A DNA stretch of 64,000 nt, taken from assembly GCF_009914755.1 (NCBI RefSeq), contig NC_060925.1, one strand, 5' to 3'. Origin of the DNA: the human T2T-CHM13v2.0 reference genome, Homo sapiens. The notes beneath the pieces were generated by a model. That model was given only the letters and a program-made list of their open reading frames with translations. It had not been told where the DNA came from and did not search any database. Shown here piece after piece: positions 43,891-58,418 of the stretch. Position 1 is the stretch's first letter. Each line of letters begins with the position of its first letter. A program made the position numbers and the translations under genes.

Positions 43891-44939
43891 GTGTTCTCTC
43901 TTACAGATGCTTGAGTGAAAAATTTTTTTTGTTTCCTCCCTAATGGCTCAAGACAAAAGAGAATTTTACAAACAAATAAAAAAACTTTAAATTGCCCAAC
44001 CCACAGAAAATGTAGAAAGGCCTGTTCCCTGATAAACACATTGGCATTTTCATCTGGAAGATTCTTGTTTTCTAAAGAATGGCTTTCTTGTTGTTCCCAA
44101 GTAGTTCTACAGTACTTTACAATATCACACAAAAGACTGAAAAGATAGGTAATTTTCTCAGTTAAAATGAGACTTTAAAATTTCCTTGGACTTTTTAGTG
44201 ATTTTTCTTGCAGATTTTGCACATTTTATACATTTTACATTTAATATACTCACGAAGGCAGTTCTGGCTTATCTATGAGTAACTAGGCTCTACCTTGGCT
44301 CAGACATTCCTAAATCCATCTATTTTAAGAATTTTAAAGTACCTCTTATCATTTCAGAATTCAGATTCAAAGTCAGAGAAGGGAAGAGAGATATTTGTTC
44401 TTGGCTTCAGTCCCATTCTGAACAATATGAGGTTGATATGGAAGCTTAGAGAACGAATTTGGGATGTGTATAGATTTTATTTTAAAACGACTTACATTTA
44501 CTTACATTTCCTTTTTCATGAACAAGCAAATGGTGGTTTTGCAACAGTCCTCAACTAAGAACACATCTATCGTGAAAAAAACACTCTCTTAGCTCTTAGT
44601 GGTCTCTTTTAATAAAATAAAACTGTGTCTTGCTTGTTTGTGGGAAGATTAAGATACCTTGCTTAGAAGTTTTCTTGTATGGAGAGACAGTAAAACACAT
44701 GAAGCCATTTGTCTCATGACTACTTGGAAAGTTGGGTACCTGGAGAAGCGAAGCACAGCATCAAGTCCTGTTTCCAGGTCAGAACTAAAATGCGCTGGGC
44801 ACATTAAAGCTGCCAGGCTCCTTCGTCTCTGAAAAATCTAACAGGAATCCTTAAAATTACCAATTTGGCTCTCTATTTTGGAGTTTTACCATTTCTAGAA
44901 ATAACTAAAATGATTCTACGGAAAGATTATACTTCTGGG

Positions 44940-45243
<304 letters not shown>

Positions 45244-46904
45244 TTATACTTCTTATTCTTAGACCACGTTGTTTGACCGCCGCAGCTCGTGTCTTCCTCT
45301 GCAGTAAGAGGTAGTAAGGTAAAGAAAGGGCTTGTGGCGTTTCCTCACTTCATGCCTAATGTTAACCTGAGAGCATGTCTTAAAAGTTAGTCCTACCAAG
45401 GAAGTGTCCATGAGTGTTTCTCAGGTCTCCCTTTGTGTGTCCTGTGGCTGAATCCTGTTGGATCTCACAGCGCCTGTGGACCCCTCTTCCCAGCAAAGCT
45501 GCACTTGCTAACATCCTAATAATTTCTTTCATGGTCAGGCTTTTTTATTTCATTAAGGCTCTTCCTCCACAGGCTCTTGTTTTCAATAAAGTTTTTCTTC
45601 AGTGAGACGTGAGAAAGTGTCCTTTCGTTTTCTCTGTTGTTTGTACTTCTCTTCACCATCACCATGGGGCCATTTCAAACTATCATTTTTAAAGGTCACT
45701 TGTTTTGTTCCATATGCAGTTGAGCCTGACAATGGGTTAATGACACCCTAATAAGCTGTATTAAAATTATATCCTATATGATCATAAACAACTATTGAGT
45801 CAAAGGAGAAGAAAGCAAACAAACTCCTTCCAAGAAATCAACACTGAAGATATTAGTTAGAATGTTAAAGTATATTAGCCAATTACATAAAATCCTTTTA
45901 TATTGCCTTGCTTCATTTCAAACATGGCATGGGCTATTTTGTCTGTGAACTCAAGTGGAACAAAAAGCTACAGAATGCAATTTGTGTCAGGAGCTGGACT
46001 ACAGAAGGACAACTAATTCTAATTAGTACGAATTCCCCATAGGCCAGAGGGAGGCCAAGTGCAGGAACCAACTGCCTAATGCTGTTTCTATCTTGCAACA
46101 GGTGGGCCAAGGCCTTCTAAAGGTTGTCATGGCAATAGCTAATGGTAGACCTTTAGCCGGACACCAGTAATTAATTGCAGGCATGTCCAGCCTTTGAATG
46201 TGATATCTTTTAATACATTGCTGAAATAAAAGAAGATTGGCTCTTCTAATTGGTTAAAATTAAAACAGCAGAAGCCTTTGCCAAGAAGGACTGCAAAATA
46301 ATGCAAGTCTGATTTCAGCCTCTCAAACTTAGATTCTTTGCCTATCGCTACATGAAGGAGTAAAGAGAAAGGTATTTACTTCTGATAACACTAATATTCT
46401 GTCAAATGTAGGCTCACCAGCAAAATATTCATGTAATGCACTGTTAGATGATGCCTGAGACCTTTAAGAAGCATGTCTTCAAAATTCTGACAAATTATCA
46501 GAAATGTTTATCTGATTTCCCAGTCATGGGTGTTTATAGCCTACAGAGAAGATATCACACACTTGGTAGTGATTCTATGTGATGGTCCTATGCTTGAGGG
46601 GTGACCTCCTGAGCACTGTTTAGTTTGGGGATGTGGCCAAGGACTGGGGAGTGAGGGAGCTTCTTGTAGGGTGAGGGGCCTGAAAGAAGGCACTGCACCG
46701 TGTGCTACACAGGAGTCTGCCGATGCCCAGCTGCAGGCTTAAACACCACTCATGGCCTGCACTGGCTAGCCATTTGAGAAACAGGGCATGGCGCAGTTTT
46801 AACAAAGTGCCTGAGAATAGAGTGAAAAGAAAGAATACTCTTTTCCATTTGGGTTGTGAATTGTGCTGTTCCATATTCTGGAATTATAAAATAAAAATAA
46901 CCAT

Positions 46905-47145
46905 AGCAGGAATAATAGCTAAAATGTATTGAATCTTACTGTGTGCCAGGCATTGTGCTGAGTACTTTGCATGCGTTATGTTATTTGATTTTCATAATGA
47001 CTTTAGAAAGTAAGTACTATTATTATTCCAGCTTTAAAGGTTAAGAAACTGGGATTAGAGAAGCTGACTTGCCCATTGTCTTCCAGATGTTAAGGAACAG
47101 AATCAGGATTTGAATCCAGGCCTGACCCAAGTCTTGAGCTGTTAA
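46905..47145 (-). mobile_element. MIR SINE, near full length
   Basis: aataatagctaa..tactgtgtgccaggcattgtgct..aagaaactgggattagagaag..caggatttgaatccagg. Confidence 0.8.
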
Positions 47146-50100
47146 CAAAAGAGAAGGCCATTAAAAAACGAGTTGAGTTGTGTTATTTATTATAGAAAAT
47201 AACCAAACTCCCTTTTAAATCATTCAAACTAAAACATATTATGTAATCTTTGAACTCTTAGTTATGAATCCTGAAACTGAGTTCCTGAACTATGGTCCAA
47301 CTTATTGAAATTATTTTTTCAAGATACCTTTTCTTAAATGCTTATATTTCTAATTACAGATCCATTCCTCCTTCTTCCCTTTCTGTTGAACATAATGGGA
47401 AATGCAATTATTCTTTTCCCTTGTTCTAATGGTAAAAAAGTAAATAAATGAGGAAAGCTCTGTCCCCCTCTTCATTATCAGCCAAAAAACACATTTGAAA
47501 ATTTCCAGCCACTTTCTTTTATGTCTGATATTTCAAAAAATAAAAGTTTTAGTGAAAACAAAGTCAAATTTAACCCATTTTGAGAAACTGATGTTTTTAA
47601 AGTATGAGGTTCTAAGCAAAATGATGCTGAATTATATATTTATGGGAATTAACTTGTTTTCGTGTATAGTACAACTTTCCTGAGTAAACAATTTCCTTTT
47701 GGCTCCTTTGGATGACAAAAATATACGTAGCAGTATTTTTTTTAGAGATCTCACTTCTTTAGGTGAGCACTTGAGTTGGAAATATTTATTCTTACTACTC
47801 TCCAAATACAAGTGAATACAAAGTATAAGTGGAAAAGTAAAATTAAGGCATCTTTGGTAGTTCAATTCCCCGAAAAAATGTCTTAGCACAGTTCTTTGGC
47901 CACCTTATTATGACACGTTAAGTGGGCAACAGCTTCTGCACTATGCAGGACATGTCCCCTATATTGGTATATGTATGCGTTCATGCATATCACCTTTACT
48001 TACACATGTTCAAAACACAACAGTTTTTTGTTCATTGTAGCAGATGGAAAATTTCTGGGCTGTGGACTTCAAAAGGAGAAAGACTTTGAAGTGTTACTGC
48101 TTTAATACTGTTCCTTCATTAGCCCCTACTGCTTGGTAAATAAGGCAGCCATTGGGTTATCAATGGGTTTACTTTTACCAAACAATTGGACTGAAAATAC
48201 TCCAGAGAGTTATGGCCTCCCTTACCCTGTTACTAGAATCATTGTATTAATAAAATGCTTCTAACATGACCTCCCAAGATTTTTTGACTTATTGCTTGGG
48301 TGGCACTAGAGGCTAAAATGGGGCTCCTTTTAATAACACATTTGCATAAGTTGATCTGAAAGATCCCCATGCGATTACATGACTCCAGGGTTGGCCTGTC
48401 ATCTCAGAAAAGCCTGAGGTACTCGTCCCAAAGAGATCAAAACTTAAGAATTAACTAGTCTTCATAAAATGAGAACATCTCTAGGAGCAGTAAAACAAAT
48501 GATTATCATTTCTTTTTGGCGTTGGACTATGCCAAGCTAGAGAAAAACAGAGCTTTCAAACGTTGACAATCTGGTATATTGAAGTATGACCATTATTTTT
48601 TATTTTCCACATTTTTGGTCCAAAGACAGTTCTGAGTAATTGATTCCCATAATGAGCTATGGTTCGTTAGTCAATTTAATTTATAATTGAATTGGATGGA
48701 TGTAACTCTGTGTAAAATTGTCTCTGAAGAATCTGTTTTGTTCGTCTGTTCAACTTCTGACAGGGATGGAAGAAAATCTAAATTATTCCCTCCTGCAAGG
48801 GGGAAAAATTCAGAGTCTCAGCCTCCCTGGTGAAATTAAGAGAAAAAATATTTTTAATAGTTGCCATGCAAAAATATTATGGCTTTACTAAAATTTATAC
48901 AAGCATGTCAATTAACACATTCATGGCAAGGATGGTGGATTCAGGAATCTGAGTAAATGCCTTGAGGCAAAGACCTTTTCTGAGTACTGGGAAGGATTTC
49001 TCATTATTAGAATGAACACCAGGTCTCTCTGCACTTATTTTTATCAGTTATTGACAAAGATTGTCTTATTGCTACATAAATATGCCCAGAAAACAATAGC
49101 TCTAATTCTCCAGGTGTTTTGCAATCATCACAACTTGTATTTCCTATACATTTCCAATAATGGCATAATTTGGGGAACAATTATTAAAATAATCACTTAG
49201 AGCTTTTTTTAAGTTTTGAAAGACTGTCAGAAAATTTTTTAACTTTAATTGTTAACAACAGGCTTTCATTTTTGCTCAAAGATTTTCTCTTATTCCCGAA
49301 GCCCTTCACATTTAAAACTTTTACAACCATCTTAGCACACACTCAAAACAAAGCCATAATTATGTAAAAAGAAATGTTTTACAGTTAATGCCATCTAAGA
49401 CACTCACCAAGTGCCAAAATGCATAGGATTTTGGTAAAAGGCAATCTGTTCTTTGAGGATAATGCATGCAAACTACTCTTGTGCAAAACCTGAGGCAGGA
49501 ATAGTATACTGCCTTAGATCACACCTATGGAGCTGACTTTGATACTATGCCCAGAAGTGGGTTACAGGCTGTGATTTGAATGAAGTTTAATCATTTTTAG
49601 AAGCGAAGGGCCTTTAGGGTACTCTTGTTCCATAAGACTTATTATATCTAAGAAAGACAAAGGCGTAGGCTTTATTCTTCCTTGTTAACAATGGTAATAC
49701 AGTAATGATCTTTAATGATGGACTGTTGTATGAAATAGACTGACTGGGAAGAAAAGCTAGATGAAAACAGCTGTCATTTTATATCGCCAAACCCTGTTCT
49801 CACATGGACAAAGAGAGATCATGAATTCATGTCCCATAATGTGATGGAGAGGTATTATATCACTGTATGTCCACTGCCATTTCTATGCACTTTCATCTAA
49901 TCCCCTGCAAATGTTAAAAATATATATTTTAGTTAGTTACAATGAAATGAATAAATGAGGTCGAATTAAGGCAGGTCAGGATATAAAGTTCAAATGTTAC
50001 AGTTCTCAAGGGACAAATCTTTTACAGTTTCTCTCTGCTCACATACACCTGGCTGTTCCCATTTCCTGAACTTTGCAAGATTTTAACCAGTGTTTTTTTT

Positions 50101-52309
50101 CTTTTTAAAAAATTTCTGACATGGAAAACAAAGATATTTCATTTGGAAAAATACTCCCTAAATGAGCTAGGCTGAACAAAGCAGGAATTAGCTTTACCAG
50201 GTGAACAAAATCACCAGAGATCACTTACATTCATAATTGTTACATTTCTCCTGAAGAATTTTGAGTAGCACTCATCTTTTATGTAAGTCAGCTATGTAAA
50301 ATAGATTGAAAGGTGAATCTAACAAAATATGCAAACCCACATCAATGATTCATACATAGCGCACAGTTCAATGAAGGCCGGCTCTGGAGCCCAGATAAGC
50401 AGTGTCACAGTAAGTTATGTTCTATGGCAGCAGAATCAGTTGTGATCAATCACATAGTAACCAGTGTGAGTTACATTTTTGCTTTAGTCCTTAAACTCTT
50501 TCGAGTGTACTTTGAAAAGTATTGTTTTTATCTAAAGTAGTAGATCAATACCTGTGATCAATAAGCATTCATTTCCAAGTAACAAGGACAATGGTGAGTG
50601 AATTCCTTTAAACATTTTCATAGCAAGGAATGTTGGGTTGAACAGTAGATCATTAATATGTCAAATTTTAGGGGGAGCTCTTAAAAATCTCTTGGAAGAC
50701 AACTCTCAAAGAATGCCTCTATTCTTTGACAACTGTTCCATTTCTAAGATTTCCAGTAAAATCATCAAAACTTTGTATATTGATAGCTCCGGCAGTTTCC
50801 ATCCGGATCCAATAAAATGTAATGCATTAATTAATGACAGTTTTGGCTTTTGTGAAATTTGATGACAACTTTTCTATGATGAAGTGAAAGCCCTTGAAAT
50901 GGCACTAATGAATATCAGAGTGAAAAATATGGGGTGATATTCCTGAGCCCACCCTCACCTCCAGTCACCAGACCATTGAAGGGGCCTTGCTTACTTGTCT
51001 TGAAGTCAGGAAAAAGAAGGAAGATTTTGACACTACTGACCTGAGTTAATCTTTTACAATTCACATTGGTTTACACACTATCTTTTTAAACCAGTTCCTA
51101 GAGAGCAGGATTAGAGCTTATATTTTATTGTATTCAGGAATTGCTAGTGTATTTTTTCCACTAACAAAGATATTAAGGGAATAACCAGTGGAGATATTTC
51201 TCCAGTGTCTTAAAGGTTTTACTTAAAAGCTGCTTTCCATTAATTCGGCTTGACTTCTGCAACAGGGCTGCAGGGAGCAGAGGGTTGGCCTGGATGAGAT
51301 GCATAAAACTGGCAGGCATCACAGAGTCGGATGAACCGTAAAGCAGCGTTGAAAGCAGTAGCAAGCTTCAGGCTTTGAGAGCGTTGGCAGGGACAGGGTG
51401 GAAAGTGGAATGGGGAAGAAGGAAGATACTTGTTCCTTCTCCATCAGTGTTCTTTAAAGCTCTTTTGACTGAGCACCCCTCAATTAAAAAAAAATCCTTC
51501 AAGCTACACCTATACACGTTTGTTTACAAATTATATACATGTGATGCTATCATCAGTTGACAAACCAAGGTGCAACACCCACACAAAATTTATCATTGAT
51601 GATAATAAATGTAGTACTTAAAAAATGATTTTGATTACTTTTGGCCGACTTATTGTCACATAAAATTATATTGTCCTTAATTTGGTTAGAAATGTGGCTA
51701 TTGAAGAGCTCTGCTAGGAAGAGTAACCAGCTTATACATTACTGGTATCATCACGGATCTGTGATATTTTTACAATCTGCATTAATTTCAATCTGTAGTT
51801 TTTGCAGCAATTTAAAAACATTAAATTATTGTACAGGATATAGACATTATGAAGTTAGTATCACTCAAGTTATGTAACAGGCTCTACAAATCCGTTATAT
51901 TCATCCATGTAACCTGTGTTAACTGTGTGCTGTGTGTGTTATCACTTCCTGTCCAGGATCCAGTGCTTACCACACCACTCAAGGCTACCTGACACACACA
52001 TCGAGGTGGGCACGAGCATCAGTCCATACAGCAAATGCTTGTAGGACTTCTTTTTATAGAAATGTAACTATAAATGAGCATTCAAATATTTCTTCCTGCA
52101 TAACTAAAGGTTATCCTATATAGCCTATTTTGGAGACCACTGTGCTAGACTATAGAGAGAACATCCAACTGTTCTCTAGGGTGATTTCACCTGACATGAA
52201 CACCATTGAGACTGAATTCTATACTCCCAACTAGGGGAAGGTAGGCTTCAAACAGACAAAAAGAATCACCTCTGCTTCCTCTCCCTTTATGTAATACATA
52301 GGAATAAGA

Positions 52310-52775
52310 ATTTATTTATCCATTTATTAATTCCATAAATATTTACTGGGAACAATCTGTAAGCATGGCATCCAGTGTCTCTGTCCATATGGAATTTATG
52401 GCCTAATGGAGAATATGTAAGCAGAGAATTACATGTTGGAATAAGTGCACTGATGGCAGCAAGCACAGGTGCTCTGGCACAGCAGGGACAACTCACCAGG
52501 ATGTGTAGGAACAGGAAAGGTTCCTTAGAGAAAGTGATATTGGAGTTGAAACCTTCAAAATAAGTAAGATTGGTCCTAAGACAAGAAGGAGCAAAAGTGC
52601 CCTTGATGGCTGATGTTTGGAATGTAGAGAGTGGGAAATTAGACTGAAAAGGTTAAAAGAGAGGTTAGATTAAGCAAAGTCTTATACGATCTGTTAAAGT
52701 GGGAACTTTATCCTGAGGGCAATGGAAAGCCAATGAAGACATGTCAACACAGGGCAGATATGATTAGAAAAAGTC
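52310..52775 (-). mobile_element. L2 fragment
   Basis: tttatccatttattaattccataaatatttactg..aaggttccttagagaaagtga..ctttatcctgagggcaatggaaagcca. Confidence 0.65.
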
Positions 52776-53060
52776 CAGTAGAGGTAGTATTTATGATGAT
52801 GCCTGGCATATGCTGAGCACTCAATAAGTGTAAGTTCTGATTAGCATTCTTATCAATATCAATATCATTATCAAATTTGATTTGTTATCCCTATTATTAT
52901 CAGATTTGATTTGTGGAATGATCCTTTTAGTTGCAATTTGGCAAACAGATTGAAGGGACAAGACATTTTATCTGAGCCCTTTGTTCTTAAAAATTTCTTC
53001 TCTTCCTGAGATTTGTCCAGTCTATTTCGTTCTATGCTTTCTCTTTTAAAGACTTTTATA

Positions 53061-53292
53061 CACCCATGCTCCTTGACTTAGGTGGTGTTACGTCCTAATA
53101 AACTCATTGTAAGTTGAAAATATCAAAAGTTAAAAGTATTGTTTTCAACTTATGACAGGTTTATCAGGATGTAACCCCTGATGTAACAACCCCATTGTAA
53201 GTCAAGGAGTGACCTGAATGAGTATTGCTTTTGCACGATGGTAAAGCTGAAAAATCCTAAACTGAATCATTGTAAGTTGGGGACTGTCCGTA
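53061..53292. mobile_element. MER47/Tigger5-family TcMar DNA transposon derivative
   Basis: atgctccttgactta..gttacgtcctaataaactcattgtaagttgaaaatatc ... cattgtaagttggggactgtccgta; TA flanks. Confidence 0.75.
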
Positions 53293-53618
53293 ATTTTACA
53301 TTTTTTAATGTATTTATTTATTCTTGAAGTGGATTAAGTGGGAAGTGGCAAGAGGGAACCCTGGGGGAAATAGAAATGAGTGAGTTGCAGAAGTGTTATT
53401 GAAGAGCTTTCCTTGCAGAGAACCACATATTTCACGTGGAAAGCATTTCACACTGGGCCGGTTAGATACACATACTTAATAAATACTTGTTAACTGACAT
53501 AGTTTTTCTTTTAACTTGAGGGACCTTCTCACTCTTGAATGACTTAGGTTTCAAACATGGATGACTGACTTTTTTATTATATGAAAATCCCTGTTTCATC
53601 CCCCTCTCCTTTGCGGCA

Positions 53619-53658
53619 TGTGGTGTGTGTGTGTGTGTGTATGTGTGTGTGTGTGTGT
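53619..53658 (+). repeat. (TG)n microsatellite, interrupted
   Basis: TG run with one TA interruption. Confidence 0.92.
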
Positions 53659-55454
53659 TCGGTAAGTTTATACAATTGCATGGTCAGTTCCCTTGGCCTG
53701 CCTTCCTGGAGCAATTAAAAATAATTACCTTCTCTTTTAAAATTTGTGTGGAGCATATTAGACTATTATTGCATTAGCTTCATAAGTTATATCCCATTGA
53801 GGTAAATTCTTCATTGAGCACTGAGGATCAAACATTTCATTAGATTATGTAAATATTAACAAAGGTATTGTTAATGGTGTTGCTGATTGTTTTGAAGATA
53901 ATTTCTCTTTGTGTCATCAACATCTGTGCAGGAAAATTTAAAGAGATTGTTTTTCTTTGATGCCTTTAGGCTGCCATTTTGTTAAAGGGAAGCAGCCCCA
54001 AATCTTTCTTTTGTGTGTTAGTCTCAGTCCAAAAGCTGTCCAAATGAATACAGATGTGGAGTTTCACATTCTTAGTGGGGAAGATGGGCTACAGAAAATT
54101 ATCTTAGAAATGGTCAGGGGAATTGATAAAAAGTACCATTTTTTAAGGAACAGACACTGACTATTAAGGGGATAAAGGACTAGGCACAGTAAAAACCTAG
54201 CTGTGTTTTAGGCATTTCATCATACGAGGAAACAGGCAGCTTATTCCCATTTTTGGATACACTAATACCTGCTGTGCTGAAATTAAACATCGCATGAAAC
54301 AGGTATTTAGAATGCCCATCAGAAAAAAAGATTAAAAACAGTAAATCTCAGGCCCATGAGGCCCAGACTAAATCTGGCAAGCAGCCTATTCTGCAACAGA
54401 CTTCCTACTTTTGAAGACAGCAAACTTCAGCCTGGCCAGGCAAAGAACAAGCAAAAATACTGCAAAGGAATATTTTATTTTATTTTTCTTTCTTGCATGA
54501 AGGATACTGATGCCTCAGTCCTTGTCTTCGCTAAAATAGGATGCAGTCCCAAAGGAAAGAACTTAATTTCCTGAGACAAGAGTGTGAAAAACCTACCAAA
54601 GGAAATAATGTGCAAGCAAGATGAGCACCTCTTCAGATGATGTGGGGAAAGTCCACATGGAGATGTCCGAAGGCTCTAATCTGTATGTGCAGACGTCATC
54701 TCCATCTGTCCAAGTGTGCGGTTGTATGGTTGTACCACCTTCACTGACTTAACCACAATGAGAGATGATTTTCCACCAAATAAATAGCAAAACAAATATC
54801 AGATTGTAATTCTGCTTAACAAGTCTGAAAATGCACAAGAAAGACAAACATAATTTAAAGTTGGCATTAGAAAGCTAAGGGTATATAATTTGGAATAGAT
54901 GATTTTTTTGTGCACACTGTCAAGTTATAGTTTATCTCTGACTTTTATGCGTGCTTTCCCTTTTGGGTGCATTTTCATCCAATACTGTTCCAGATTTATA
55001 TATGTAATATAACCTAGAGAATGATGTACAGTATGCAATACTGGGATTGTTGGCACTATCCATTTACAATAATAAAAACTTAGAAAGACAAAATGTGATG
55101 ATAATAGTAAACAAAAAAAAATCAATGCTTTTCTAAAAGCTGTTTATTTCTAACTTTTCATTCTGTAACAGTTCTTCTAGTGGATAACAGTTGATTGTTT
55201 TAAATCCTTTCTCTTTTTGCCTTTGCTTCTATTTTTTCTTTCTTCTCATTGGGACCATTAGGTCCCTAACTCCTCAAACATTTCCTTTTGTTTTCATATT
55301 TATGATAAGCTTTAAAATTATTACTTTTTCATTGTTAAATCCTCAATTTTTCATATTTTTTGCTATTACCTTTAGTTTTGCTCTCCACATTTGCTGAATG
55401 CCTTCGAAGCTCGCAGTTCGTTATGCCTTTTCCTCGCGACTTCTTTCGTCAGCT

Positions 55455-55572
55455 TCCTATTCATTTCCCCCCTTTCTCCCTCCCTGACTCTCTTCTTCCT
55501 TTCCTTCTTCCTTTTTTTCCCTTCTTTCTACCAGTTTATTTCTACTACTTCCTTTTCTATTTATTTTCCTTA
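55455..55572. repeat. Polypyrimidine low-complexity tract
   Basis: C/T-rich, >100 bp. Confidence 0.7.
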
Positions 55573-56365
55573 AAATGTACTCTATTGTAGAGATTAACCT
55601 GGAAATGCTACAAGCATAACATGTTTTTTCTTTGAATAATGAGAATGAGAAAAGTACAAGGTGGTTATAACGGAAATGAAAATAATATTATCCCTGCAAG
55701 AAGTATATTATGCAATATTAGAACAAAGCTTTGAATTGCAGTGATCGGCATCTTCTAAAAATGCATAGATACTGGACCACGAAACTGTACTTCTTCCAGG
55801 AACCCTTAGTTTGTAAACATGTCATTTTGTCTCAACCTATAAATATCTAAGAATGCTATTAGAATCTGCCAGCTATTATAAATTTAATAAATTTACTTAC
55901 ATTCACAAAATGTTGTGCTGTCTGAATTTGAAGGTTTTCTACTTGGGTTGCTGATGGCCTACTGGTCTTCAGACACCATAGGCACATATCAAAGGCAGCT
56001 ATATATGTTAGAGCTGTGAAGTTAGCTCAGATGTAGAGTGGACATCGGGAATACTTGATGTCAACCCTGGAGTCTAAAATCGGACCCACTCAAGGCATTA
56101 GCAGAGGAATTGAGCAAATTGTTTTTCTTTTTTTTTAATTTGTGGTGCAGAGATGAGGGCAACCAAGAAGCCACTACTCCTAATTGCTAAATTTTAGCAT
56201 TAAAATAATGTAGTTGGGGGAACAGAGATAGCAAAATCAAGGACAGACTACTGGATTTCTTTTGTCTCTTTTTCCTAAAGTTGGGTTGGTAGATCTACTG
56301 TGTTGACTCTTTTTATACTTTATTTCAGGGAAAAAGAAGTTGGGAAGTGTGTCTTAGCATGTAGA

Positions 56366-56366
<1 letters not shown>

Positions 56367-56409
<43 letters not shown>
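56367..56409 (+). repeat. (TG)21 microsatellite
   Basis: Pure TG run. Confidence 0.95.
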
Positions 56410-56412
<3 letters not shown>

Positions 56413-56420
56413 AAGTTTAC

Positions 56421-57006
<586 letters not shown>

Positions 57007-57099
57007 GTGAAGTTTATTCAAACTCACTGTGGCCTCTAACACTCCCTTGGTTTATAAACCCTTATGCAAGAACTAATGAGAGGTCTAGACTGTGGATGC

Positions 57100-57586
57100 T
57101 TTGGGGGCATGGGTCATAGTCCCTCTCCTAGTTCTTAGTTTGGAGGCGGGTGTATCCCTTTGGTAGTTGGCATGTCAGTCAGCTTTTATCAGAGGAGGTT
57201 CTCGCCACAGAAGCTTGTTTCTCACTCTGCTCTGGCTTTAAGACACATGACTGCTCCATAAGACTTCCTCATCTCAGCATCCAGAGTCAGAAGTAGCAGC
57301 CCCCATCTGGGATATTGCATTCTTCTGATGGAGAAAAAAAGAACAATAGAAAGATGTGAAAACACACGTGTCGACCCTTAAAGCTTTTACTCAGGTCAGG
57401 TATACCTGACATCTGCTTTTATTTCATTGGCCAAAGCAAGTCACATGACCAAACCTGAGCCTGGACGGGCAGGGTATACTTCTCCCAACAGAAGCACTAT
57501 ACATCACACGGCAACAGGCTGGACATGGATATTCTTAAGGGAAAGGGAGTGCATTACTGGGAACAATAATATGATTTCCATATACA
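57100..57586 (-). mobile_element. Old MaLR LTR (MLT1K/L-like)
   Basis: atttcattggccaaagcaagtcacatgaccaaacctga hallmark. Confidence 0.6.
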
Positions 57587-57718
57587 ATAAATGCTATTGA
57601 ATTGAATTATAATCAGAAGCAGTTAAATGACCAGTATATTCTATTGATAGCTTGTTAGACACATGAGCGTTAGGATCAATTTTTTAAAGAAAAATTTATC
57701 GTCTTCAGCGAGATTCTG

Positions 57719-58418
<700 letters not shown>

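Noticed and set aside
47948-47960. p53 response element GGACATGTCC
   Set aside because: It is a perfect half-site, but there is no adjacent second half-site
50638-50862. 74-aa ORF as a coding exon
   Set aside because: No homology recognised and no convincing flanking splice sites; the motif content fits a non-coding element better
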